In this document: piece after piece, positions 1 through 8,320 of the stretch
Numbering within the stretch: position 1 is the stretch's first letter
Layout: each line of letters begins with the position of its first letter
NCBI GenBank assembly: GCA_051294375.1
Contig: JBJCIZ010001051.1
Coordinates: forward strand, 3,134-15,362
DNA from: Paraspadella gotoi
Lineage: Eukaryota > Animalia > Chaetognatha
Direction: 5' to 3'
DNA: 12,229 nucleotides
Made by a program: the position numbers and the translations under genes
Notes under the pieces: generated by a model
The model's database searches: none
Seen by the model: the letters and a program-made list of their open reading frames with translations, nothing else
Told to the model about the DNA's origin: nothing

Positions 1-704
1 AGGGAAGGGAAAATTTGTCAAGGCAAAACTGAAAAAAAGTCTCTTTGATGCAGTTATGTGGTTTTAGTGGAAATGTATACCAGAACTNNNNNNNNNNNNN
101 NNNNNNNNNNNNNNNNNNNNNNNNNNNNNNNNNNNNNNNNNNNNNNNNNNNNNNNNNNNNNNNNNNNNNNNNNNNNNNNNNNNNNNNNNNNNNNNNNNNN
201 NNNNNNNNNNNNNNNNNNNNNNNNNNNNNNNNNNNNNNNNNNNNNNNNNNNNNNNNNNNNNNNNNNNNNNNNNNNNNNNNNNNNNNNNNNNNNNNNNNNN
301 NNNNNNNNNNNNNNNNNNNNNNNNNNNNNNNNNNNNNNNNNNNNNNNNNNNNNNNNNTTTTCCATGTCTATAAAAGAGCTTAAAAATATTGAAAAAGTAA
401 TTCCAAGACATACTCAATTGATTGAACGTTTAATAAGAGATATAACTGATGTTGCTACCCATGTTTCTGGTTTTAATAATAGAGATGGTTACATTCGAAC
501 AAGAATTGCTTCTCGTACAGCAGTTCCCAAAGCAGATACAAAAAAAGCTTTCATAAAAATGAAAAATTTATAATTTAATGATATCTATATCGTTGTTGTA
601 ACAAGACTTTGTCTTCATTTTCAGTTACCTAAAACACAACGAAAGAAAGTTTAATCACGATATCTATATCAAAAATACTGATCTACACAAATTTTTTATT
701 ATGA
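1..704 (+). mobile_element. DNA transposon fragment, copy A: C-terminus of a hAT-related (hATm-like) DDE transposase plus 3' flank, interrupted by an N gap
   Basis: 358-573 reads without stops as FSMSIKELKNIEKVIPRHTQLIERLIRDITDVATHVSGFNNRDGYIRTRIASRTAVPKADTKKAFIKMKNL*. This fits the pattern PxHTQxxERxxxxxTxxxxxVxGxxxRDGxIRxxxxSRxxxP that I recall from invertebrate hAT-related transposases, where the E of the ER motif is the putative third catalytic residue. The segment is duplicated at 9074-9831. The subfamily name is from memory. Confidence 0.65.
88..357. other. Assembly gap (270 N)
   Basis: Run of N seen directly. Confidence 0.99.
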
Positions 705-1982
705 GCGGGAGATGAATATTGTGCCTAAAGAAGCAATCAATAATAGCTGGTCTCGCCTCGCTCCTATTTCCCATCGCCGGATGCTCACGTGATAATGGCC
801 AACCGTTGGGTGGCTTATCTTTGGGAATACTCTTTGTACAGCTGCCCTTCAGTATTCAAGACTATAGATAAAATGGCAGTATATCAAGTCACATCCAGAG
901 CACTCTCTTGATCGCAGAATATTGTTCACTGACCAATGAAAATTTTTTTTAAGTTATTGAAATTTAATTTGTATTTCTAGATAAATATTTTTTTTATAAT
1001 ATATCCCTGCTAAGGAATAGGTCGTCTGATCACGAATTCAAAAGATACAATTAAGCACATTTTTGTTATTAGCACCGCTAGTATCTGATGAATTGGACAA
1101 GGATCAGAAAAGAGACGATGAAACAAAAATACCATAAAACAGTTTTTAACAATTACAAACAATTATTAGTTGGTTAAATATTAAAAATAAAACACCTCAC
1201 ATGTTTCATCTCAAAATCAATAAATGAAAGAAAAAATAAAATCAGACTTGACTTAGAGGCAACAATAGTGTAAGGAAGCCACCGAGGGTGAAAGGGAGCC
1301 TGATGCTGTTTGTTGGGGTAGTCGATAAATAAAACCTCTTTTTGCCTTGGAAGGAATTTTTTAAACAGGGGACAGATGTCTTACAATTTATTTTTCTTAT
1401 TGTTTATGTTATGAGAGTTTTAAATACCTTGACCTATATCATAATTATTAATTCCTGACGGGCCTTAATTATATTTTGCTTTATTTTGTGGTTTAAAAAA
1501 TGTAAAACTTTATGTATTTTATTAAATTATAAATAAAAGACAAATTTTTACAAATGAAAACAGTTATATATCTCCTTATTTTATATATATTTGATTAAAA
1601 ACTCTCATGATTAACGCATCTTTTCATAATTTTTTCAAACAAAAGAATGCAATAATGTTAATAATAGTTATAAACATTAATAATACAAGTTTTTTACATT
1701 ATTGTAGGGTTGAAGAACCAGTTATTAATACTTGGGATTTATGCATACTTGGTTATAAATTAATAATTCTAGACAACTTTTTTTTATCTTTAAGATTTGT
1801 TATTTTTTTCGATTTTTATTTGGCATCTTGATCGCATTATAAAATCGGGGATAGAACGGTGAAAATTGCCCAGCGAATATTTGATTTTTCGTTCTCAAGG
1901 TAATAGTTTTACATGTGTTTTCAAAAATTAGGAGGGCACAAGATGTCTGTATCATTTCTCGTGGTGATTATACCCGCGGCTA

Positions 1983-2558
1983 TTGTCCAATCTACTCCCT
2001 GTCTTTGTTCATTAGAATCCCTGTCCTTGTCGCTTTTCTTATCCCTGTCTTTGTCATTGCTCTTTCCTTGTGTTTGTCCATTCACATGCTGTCATTCCCT
2101 TTCTTATCCCTTGTCTTTGTCCATTCATTCTTGTGTTTGTCCATTCCACTCCCGGTCATTCCCCTTCTTATCCCTGCTTTTGTCATTCACTTTCTTGTGT
2201 TTGTTCCATTCACACCCTGGGTCATTCCCGTTCTTATCACACCTGTCTTTGCCACAATAATACTCCCTTCTTTGTTCGATTAGAATCCTGTCTTTGGTCT
2301 TCTTATCCCTTCATGTTGGGTGACATAGGCATTCATTTCCTTCCTTGTGTTTGGTCCCATCATAATCGTGTCATAGGCTTTCTGCCTGTCTTTGTCCATG
2401 GTCAACTTTCCTTGTGGTTTGGGCCATTCACATGGGCGATGGTCATGAACCCCTTTCTTATCCTGTTTTGTCCATTTCACTTTCTGTGTTCTCCATTCAT
2501 CCTGTCATTCCCTTCTTATCCCTGTCTTTGCCCTTCTTATCCTGTCTTTGTCCTTCCA
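1983..2558. repeat. Degenerate pyrimidine-rich minisatellite (core CCTGTCTTTGTCCATTCAC)
   Basis: Recurring motifs CCTGT(C/G)TTTGTCCATTCAC and GTCATTCCCNTTCTTATCC. These explain the overlapping low-complexity ORFs at 1913-2564. Confidence 0.9.
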
Positions 2559-2780
2559 GTATAATGGTATAGAACGACGCGGGGTTATTACCCCTCTTCT
2601 CATTCACCTCCTCTCATCCTCCTCCCAGGGGATTCGGGGCCGCGTTCACGAGATTCAGTTCCCTTCTCTCTCTCTCCTACTAGTTTCTCCCTTTTTTTAC
2701 CCTCATAATTTGTCGCCGTATAGATTGTTCCTGACGTCAATATATATTCTTTCAATTAGATACTTTTCAGAGCAATCTAT

Positions 2781-2856
2781 AATCCATTCACTCCCTGTGT
2801 TATTCCATTCACATACCTGTCCTTTGTCCATTCACATCCCTGTCTTTGTCCACTTC
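2781..2856. repeat. Second short patch of the same minisatellite (about 3 units of 21-23 bp)
   Basis: CCATTCAC-TCCCTGTGTTATT-CCATTCAC-ATACCTGTCCTTTGT-CCATTCAC-ATCCCTGTCTTTGTCCAC. Confidence 0.85.
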
Positions 2857-2858
2857 AG

Positions 2859-2975
2859 GCTGCTAAAACGAAACAACGCATCAAAAGACGACAAATGCAA
2901 ATCCGAGTCGTGGAGCGTTTCTCACAAATTCAAAATAACATGAGCAGGAAATCAGCGCCGCGAAAGGAGCTTGAG
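2859..2975 (+). CDS. Possible isolated 117-nt phase-0 exon encoding a basic peptide
   Basis: Preceded by a pyrimidine tract ending in cttcag and followed by GAG|gtcaga. Open frame AAKTKQRIKRRQMQIRVVERFSQIQNNMSRKSAPRKELE. It is a complex-sequence island between two low-complexity tracts. Confidence 0.3.
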
Positions 2976-2994
2976 GTCAGACCTGCATTTCATA

Positions 2995-3195
2995 TACATT
3001 TTTCACCTTTTTACTTTTCCCTTTTTTTTCCCTTTTTCCCTTTTTTTGCTTTTCCTTTTTTTCGGCTTTTTCCCTTTTTTTCCTTTTTTTTCCTTTTTCC
3101 CTTTTTCTTTTTTTTTCCCCTTTTTTTCCGTTTTCCAAGTTTCCCCATGTTTCATTTTCTCTTCTTTTTTTCATTTTTTTTCTTTCCTATTATGT
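2995..3195. repeat. Low-complexity polypyrimidine (T-run/C-run) tract
   Basis: About 200 bp almost entirely T and C. It produces the Phe-rich (+) and Lys-rich (-) ORFs in the track. Confidence 0.95.
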
Positions 3196-3313
3196 TTTAT
3201 TTAAAAAAACTAAATATTTGACCTAGAATACTATGTTGTGCTTCCATTTTTTAAAAATGTTATAGGGTATAACCTTTCTTTTTTCGTTGTTAATTTGTTT
3301 ATATATGTATTGA

Positions 3314-3449
3314 GCAAAAATGGTTTAGTTCACACGAATTTTATTTTTCATAGAAACGTACATGTTCGGTTGAATGCAAGCTTCTTCAGCGTCAAATGAT
3401 TTGTGAAATTTTGGACAGTTTTTTTGTGTGAAAGAGGAGAGAGAGAGAA

Positions 3450-3481
<32 letters not shown>

Positions 3482-3645
3482 AATAGGGCAAAGTTTCCAA
3501 CACAGAGTTTGAGAAAAAGAATAGTGGTCAAGTGGTGAGACCAGGTTAAGAATGAGGCAGATAGGCTTTTAGTTTTGAATAAGAAATGAAATGGTGCCAG
3601 AGTGGAGAGAATTGAAGAGAGAAGGAGAGAGAGAGAGAGAAGACA
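3314..3645 (-). repeat. Left arm of a diverged inverted duplication (contains GA microsatellites)
   Basis: 3514-3539 is the exact reverse complement of 4485-4510 (26 bp), 3542-3557 of 4466-4481 (16 bp) and 3567-3587 of 4436-4456 (21 bp). Gapped similarity continues on both sides. Confidence 0.92.
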
Positions 3646-3852
3646 GGGAGAAGAAAAATATAATACATTTAAATGTACAACAAATAAAGTTTTTAAACTA
3701 ATAAACAGGCAATTAACAATTAACTACTTAATAGATATTAAATAATAAGTTTTAGGTGAAGGTGAAATGAATGTGAAAGTGAGAAAGATACATTTAGTGG
3801 GTAAAAGGATAAATTTATAATAAGTTAGAAAACTAAGAGTTTAGAGTAGAGC

Positions 3853-4360
3853 CTACAAAGTGAGCCTGCGCCCCTTGGTTTTTGGACAAATGAGAGGCTC
3901 GAGCGATGTGGGCTGGATCCATTGGCGTGTCCATTGGTTGAGAGGACAATTGAAAACCCGAACATGTAAATTGTTCGGGCTAGGGAGGCTTCCTTGTGGA
4001 AACAATTTCCAAGTGGCTAACTCGAATGTTTTCTTTTGGCCTATACGCCCTGCCACTGCCCTCTCTTTTCGCCATGCTGACGAGGTGGGCGGTTGTCAGT
4101 TTCTTGCCGCTTTTTTGCGACAGGAGTCCTGAGATAACTCCTCCCCCTCCTCCTGGCCAGCCGTTTTTTTTTGGGTCCGACGCTCGCGTCCCCCCAGAGA
4201 GAGGGATTGAGTGCTACAAGTCGAGGGAGAGGCATCGCTGCCCAATTGCCCTTGCGTAAGGGTCTCCGCCTGTTCGCGTTGAAGTACGAGACAGGGGAAT
4301 CAGATTGTGGACAGTGGGTAGAGAAGCAGGGCTTCCAATAAGCTTTTTATAAGCGATCAT
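3853..4360 (-). pseudogene. Frameshifted candidate gene with one or two winged-helix-like (H15/Z-alpha-like) segments
   Basis: GC-elevated island beginning at an ATG at 4360 and ending at a TAG at 3853, followed by AT-rich 3'UTR-like DNA. Joining frames gives MIAYKKLI/EALLLYPLSTI...AIGQRCL/PRLVALN and VISGLLSQKSGKKLTTAHLVSMAKREG/VAGRIGQKKTFELATWKLFPQGSL. Several indel corrections are needed. Confidence 0.3.
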
Positions 4361-4385
4361 AGCTTGGAGGAGGTCAAATTGTCCT

Positions 4386-4710
4386 CACTTCTCTTTGCCT
4401 CTCTCTCTCAATCTCTCTCACTCTGAACATTTTCAATTTCTTATTCAAAACTAAAATCATTAAGTCCTCATTCTTAACCTGTCCCTCACCACTTGACCAC
4501 TATTCTTTTTTTCCAACTTCTGTGGTTGGAAACTGGCCCTCTTTATCTCCTCTCCCTCCTCTCTCTCCTGTCTGCTCTCCCTTCTTTGACACAAAAAATG
4601 CCAAAATTGACTGCGAAGAAGAAGTCTGCATCCAATGCCGAACAAGTACGTAAATTTCTTTTGATATGAAAACTAAAATTCGCATGTGAAACTTAAAAGC
4701 CATCTTTGGC
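4386..4710 (+). repeat. Right arm of the inverted duplication; includes a CT-rich upstream region, ATG exon 1 and the start of intron 1
   Basis: Reverse-complement matches to 3314-3645 as listed for the left arm. Confidence 0.92.
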
Positions 4711-5200
4711 CTAAAAAATGTTTCTAATTATAATAACTTATTAATATATTTTGGTAATGTTTGACAGGGAACCAGCTGTCCGGCCCAACTCGCCAGAAAG
4801 TGCCAAAGTACCCGCCGGAAGAAACGTTGGGCTGAGCCCGAAAGGTAATATTTACTTTAATAAAGAAGAGAGAGAGGAAGAGAGATTAAAGAGTAAGTGA
4901 CTCGTTCTTTTGGTTTTCAGAACCGCATGTACTTGAAAGCCGAGGCCCAGAAGCCGAAGCCATTCGCCATGAAAGGGGAGGCTGAGGCGCCGTACGCCAT
5001 CGAGGGCTAAGGAGGAGAAAGGGGGAAGGGGGGAAGGGGGAAGAAGGGGAAGAACGGGGGAACGGGGAAGTGGAAAGGGCAAAGGGGGTGGAAGGGAAGA
5101 GAAAGGATATTGGGGAGGAGACCTATTAAAAGTTAAAGTTAACAAAATGAGGCAAGAAATCGAGGAATGAGAGTTTAAGAAAATTGAAGAAAAAAAATAA
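4598..5200 (+). pseudogene. Candidate three-exon gene for a small basic SR/RG-rich protein (exons 4598-4645, 4768-4844, 4921-5200) with three in-frame TGA
   Basis: ATG in an aaaaaATG context, donors CAA|gtacgt (4646) and AAG|gtaata (4845), acceptors gacag (4767) and ttttcag (4920). Introns are AT-rich and exons GC-richer. The spliced frame reads MPKLTAKKKSASNAEQGTSCPAQLARKCQSTRRKKRWAEPERTACT*KPRPRSRSHSP*KGRLRRRTPSRAKEEKGGRGEGGRRG...KVNKMRQEIEE*EFKKIEEKK*. Confidence 0.4.
5010..5120 (+). repeat. Polypurine G-run tract with G-quadruplex potential
   Basis: More than four runs of at least 4 G with short A-rich loops (GGGGGAAGGGGGGAAGGGGGAAGAAGGGG...). Confidence 0.8.
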
Positions 5201-5509
5201 TATTTGAATAGCGGTTACGGTTTCAAATAATATTATATTTTTATAATACTAAAAAAAATTTTAATAAGTAAATGGGAACTGGTAAAAAGAAGAATGTGTT
5301 GCGCCACAGTGACTTTCATTGCTTAAGTATGAAAATATAACACGCAAATTGGTCAAAAAAAATTTAATAGTTAAATAAAATCATATTTATATTCGCCGAT
5401 TTGAAGGAAACCAAATACTTTTTATAAGAACTCTATTTACAATATTGTTTTCAGACTACCATGCATTTGCAGGGAGAGAGTCCGTAGAGGCTGCGCAAAA
5501 CATGAAGGG

Positions 5510-6020
5510 TCAAAGTTCCCCCAGAGATTCATTGTAAGTTTTTATCTGATTTTCGTCGACTGCAAAATATTCCCTTTCAATCCTTAAACGAGTTTCCGAG
5601 TTTCCGGGCCAAACTTCAAGCACGTTTTTTCCTCATGATATTTTTGAGTACTTTGGCTTTGTGTCCAGGAGCTTCATCCTCCTGAAAAAAGCCCGCCTAT
5701 TCACTGGCGACAATTTCCCTCTTTCTTCTCCTCCATTTTTTTTTTTTCAACTGGTTTTGCAAAAGCCTCACGGTTCCCTGAAATTGTGAAGACCCTCCAG
5801 GTTATTGTCTTTGCTTTCCATGGATAATGCGAGCCACCTGTTTCCAACCAGTTTGTCCAAGATTTCCCAGTTTGCTTAAATTTGGTGACAACTCTGTAGA
5901 ATGGGTGGTAGTAAGAAATTTAACTGATTTTGGCCAAACTATATCTAAAACAAACCTGCCTTCGAAGCTATTAAATTGCAAGTTTTATTTTTGGGGGTTA
6001 AGCTGTTTTGAAATTTCCAT
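5510..6020 (-). pseudogene. Frameshifted gene for a protein with two HMG-box-like domains (HMGB/TFAM-type architecture), one 62-nt intron at 5894-5955
   Basis: ATG at 6020, donor GCAG|gtttgt, acceptor ctacag. Box 1 reads SPNLS/NWEILDKLVGNRWLALSMESKDNNLE, matching HMG P..s..Ei.K.lG..W..Ls.e.K. Box 2 reads KNVLEV/ARKLGNSFKD/EREYFAVDENQIKTYNESLGEL*, matching evaKkLG..Wk.l..eK..Y.......k.Y.e.l. There are several frameshifts and in-frame stops. Confidence 0.55.
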
Positions 6021-6717
6021 TTAAAAAAATACATAAAAAACAAAAAACAAGATGGATAAATAGTAAAACAAAATTTTTAATCATTTTTTTAAATATTTAG
6101 TAAGCTCCTACTATATTTTAGCCTGAACCCTCGTCAATGGGCTCGAATAAAGTTCTTTGTTTTGGGCTTTTTTAGTACCCTAGGTGTTCATTAATAAGAC
6201 CTACGACAGCGAGATAGTAAGGGAGTTAAAAGTTTAAAACTTTTTTGACCACATCGCATAACAAACGTTTCTCGTATTAGGGCCAAACTTTGTCATGGGG
6301 TGGGGTCAGAAGTTGACTTGATTTGAAGAACCATTCCCAAACTATACAATTATAGCGAATTTCTATATGAAAACTTGTATATGGCCAACACCCTTTCTAA
6401 ATTGCTAGCTCACGTAAATTAATTTTTCAATATTATTTATAGATAAGAAATGTCAAAAAATGTTTTTTAATTTTTTTAATTGTTAAAGCAGATTCAGATA
6501 GTTGTATAAAAGTTGTCACACAAAGTTATACTTCCTTTTTTCATATTTTTGATGATAATGTGGATCTAAATTTATAAAATAATAAAAAATCATCCCACAT
6601 CATCATCCATCCCATAATTTTTAAATAGTTTTTTACCAATTTTCCGGTAATAAACATCAAAATTTTAAATTAAAAAGTTTGGTGTATAAACTATCAATTT
6701 CGTTGCGTTTTGAATTT

Positions 6718-6891
6718 TAGGAGAAAAACAATTTTGTTTTTAACAACGGAATTGTATTATTTGGGTAATACTGTTCGACTCTTGAGTTTTAGATCCTTAA
6801 TGATAACAGACCTACAAACTCAAGAGTCGCAAACATGATATACCATAATACAACTTAGTTGTTAAAAACCAAATTGTTTTTTCTTTCTCTA
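6718..6891. mobile_element. Foldback palindrome, MITE-like (arms about 75-80 bp, loop about 13 nt)
   Basis: Left arm GAGAAAAACAATTTTGTTTTTAACAAC...TTGTATTAT...CGACTCTTGAGTTT pairs with right arm AAACTCAAGAGTCG...ATAATACAA...GTTGTTAAAAACCAAATTGTTTTTTC. The palindrome is clear; the MITE identity is inferred. Confidence 0.7.
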
Positions 6892-6910
6892 ATTAAAGTT
6901 GTAATTACAT

Positions 6911-7100
6911 TTTTATCCGAGACAGAACCGGCGAAGCCGTCCCTGTCCTCTAATAATAATTCGCTTGGGCTCTTTGTGCCGTAGTCGTCGTCGTCGTCGT
7001 CCGTCCTGCGTCCCACGTCTTTTTTTGCAATCATGGCTTTCTAAAGTGTGAATATCATAGGGATATTGAAAATTTATATATGGCTTCTAATTCAAATCAA
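6911..7100 (+). mobile_element. Probable end of a non-autonomous Helentron/DINE-1-like element
   Basis: Starts in a T run (TTTTATCC), then a GC-rich hairpin GAGACAG-aac-CGGC-GAA-GCCG-tcc-CTGTCCTC (6919-6950), then a (GTC)n/GTCC microsatellite (6981-7006). This order resembles DINE-1/HINE elements. The far boundary is undefined. Confidence 0.45.
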
Positions 7101-7812
7101 AAGACTTTTAAAATTCCCCCATGTTTTTCATAATCATATTATCCATTGTTTAATGTTTTATTTACAAAAAAAAAACCTTTTTAATTAATATGTCTTTTTA
7201 CTCCTCTCTCTTAATTTATTTATAATGTCCGCATCTCTCTGTCTCTCTCTTTTTTCTCCAGTCACCCTGGGCTTCTTCTGATTTGTCCTAAAAAGAGTTC
7301 TGGCCTGCAAGCGTCGGTGGCAGCGTCGTCAGCTATTCCTCTCTCTCAGTCTTCTCTCCTCCTCTCTCTCTCTCTCTTCTTCTACTCTTTCCCTCTTTAA
7401 CAAAAAAAAAAATTATATCATAATATATATAATATATATATTGTGGGCCTCACCAATATTGAAGACGATGCCGTCAGCATTTACCATACATTATCTACCC
7501 TTTTTTCTTTTCTTTTTTTTGCCGCTTTTCCTTGTATGAATCACAAAGGCGCGAACCCGAGTCCCCTTCAGATTGGGGAGGAGTTCGCGCTACCTCGAGG
7601 CGCCATAGGTTACTTACTTATTAATAACGAGTAAAAAGGGCTGTGAGCTTTCTCCTCTCTTTATAATATGTCTCTCTCCTCTTTCCTCTCTCTCATCTTC
7701 TTTTTCTCCGTCGCTGCTGCTTCTGATTCCAGCAGCTGTCAGCGGCTTCTCTCCTATCTACTCCTCCCCTTTAATTATATGTTCGCTCTCATCTTTTCTC
7801 TCTTTTTTTTCT

Positions 7813-8010
7813 TCTGAATAGGGGAAGCCCCTCTCAATGGGGTGAAATCAAAAAATTTAGTAATGGGAACATGACCTCAAACTAAAATTTATGCATTTTA
7901 AGTAATACTTTTATGTACAAAAAATTTCTTTTATAATTGCTCTATACCAAATATTTATATTTTTAATATATTTATTTATAGAAAGGAAAAGAAGTTTGGC
8001 CCTACTCAGA
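7813..8010. mobile_element. MITE-like insert, copy 1 (198 bp)
   Basis: Bounded by TCTGAATAGGG (7813-7823) and CCCTACTCAGA (8000-8010), a 10/11 inverted match, with an AT-rich non-coding interior. Confidence 0.55.
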
Positions 8011-8126
8011 TCATCGGAAAACGAGTTTCAGCTCTGCAGCGGCGTCCAGCAGCTGTCCAGCTTCTCTCCTATCACTCTCTCTTCTCTCACTCTTTCTCTC
8101 TCTCCTCTCTCTGATTATTTTTTTCT

Positions 8127-8320
8127 TCTGAATAGGGTAGCCCCTCTCAAAAGGGGTTGAAGTCAAAATTTAGTTTGAGAACATGCCTTCAAAACGAAAA
8201 TTTAAAACATTTTTTTAATTATATTTCAATGTCAAAAAATTCTTATATGACTCTATACCAAGTATTTTATTTTTTAATATTTATTTATAGAAGGAAAAGG
8301 AAGTTTCGACCCTATTCAGA
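8127..8320. mobile_element. MITE-like insert, copy 2 (194 bp)
   Basis: Perfect 12-bp inverted repeat TCTGAATAGGGT (8127-8138) / ACCCTATTCAGA (8309-8320). Confidence 0.6.

Noticed and set aside
45-417. ORFs of 103-171 aa spanning the first gap
   Set aside because: Their length comes from N codons. Only the 358-573 plus frame is meaningful.
700-1380. Coding-like patches, including minus-strand AVQRVFPKISH (MULE-like) and TLGGFLTLLL
   Set aside because: Short and interrupted by stops. The MULE CxxH motif is absent and no family could be supported.
1913-2564. Overlapping hydrophobic or Cys/His-rich ORFs; also considered as a CRISPR-like array
   Set aside because: These are translations of the minisatellite. 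Units are degenerate and adjacent with no unique spacers, and the context is eukaryotic.
2971-3221. Phe-rich and Lys-rich ORFs
   Set aside because: Products of the T/C low-complexity tract.
4335-4392. CCAAT plus TATAAG plus initiator-like promoter on the plus strand
   Set aside because: Short motifs expected by chance, and they overlap the start of the minus-strand candidate gene.
3314-4710. Inverted repeat as a missed-adapter long-read artefact
   Set aside because: Such artefacts fold back with almost no spacer. Here a ~740 bp unique spacer separates the arms and similarity stops after about 330 bp.
5455-5533. Plus-strand exon candidate (ttttcag...gtaagt) encoding CICRERVRRGCAKH
   Set aside because: Splice signals are good, but it overlaps the end of the better-supported minus-strand HMG gene and has no clear partner exons. 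Left unresolved.
5860-5895. VVTKFKQTG resembling a Tc1/mariner helix-turn-helix segment
   Set aside because: No following GRP motif or DDE domain. The HMG reading explains much more of the region.
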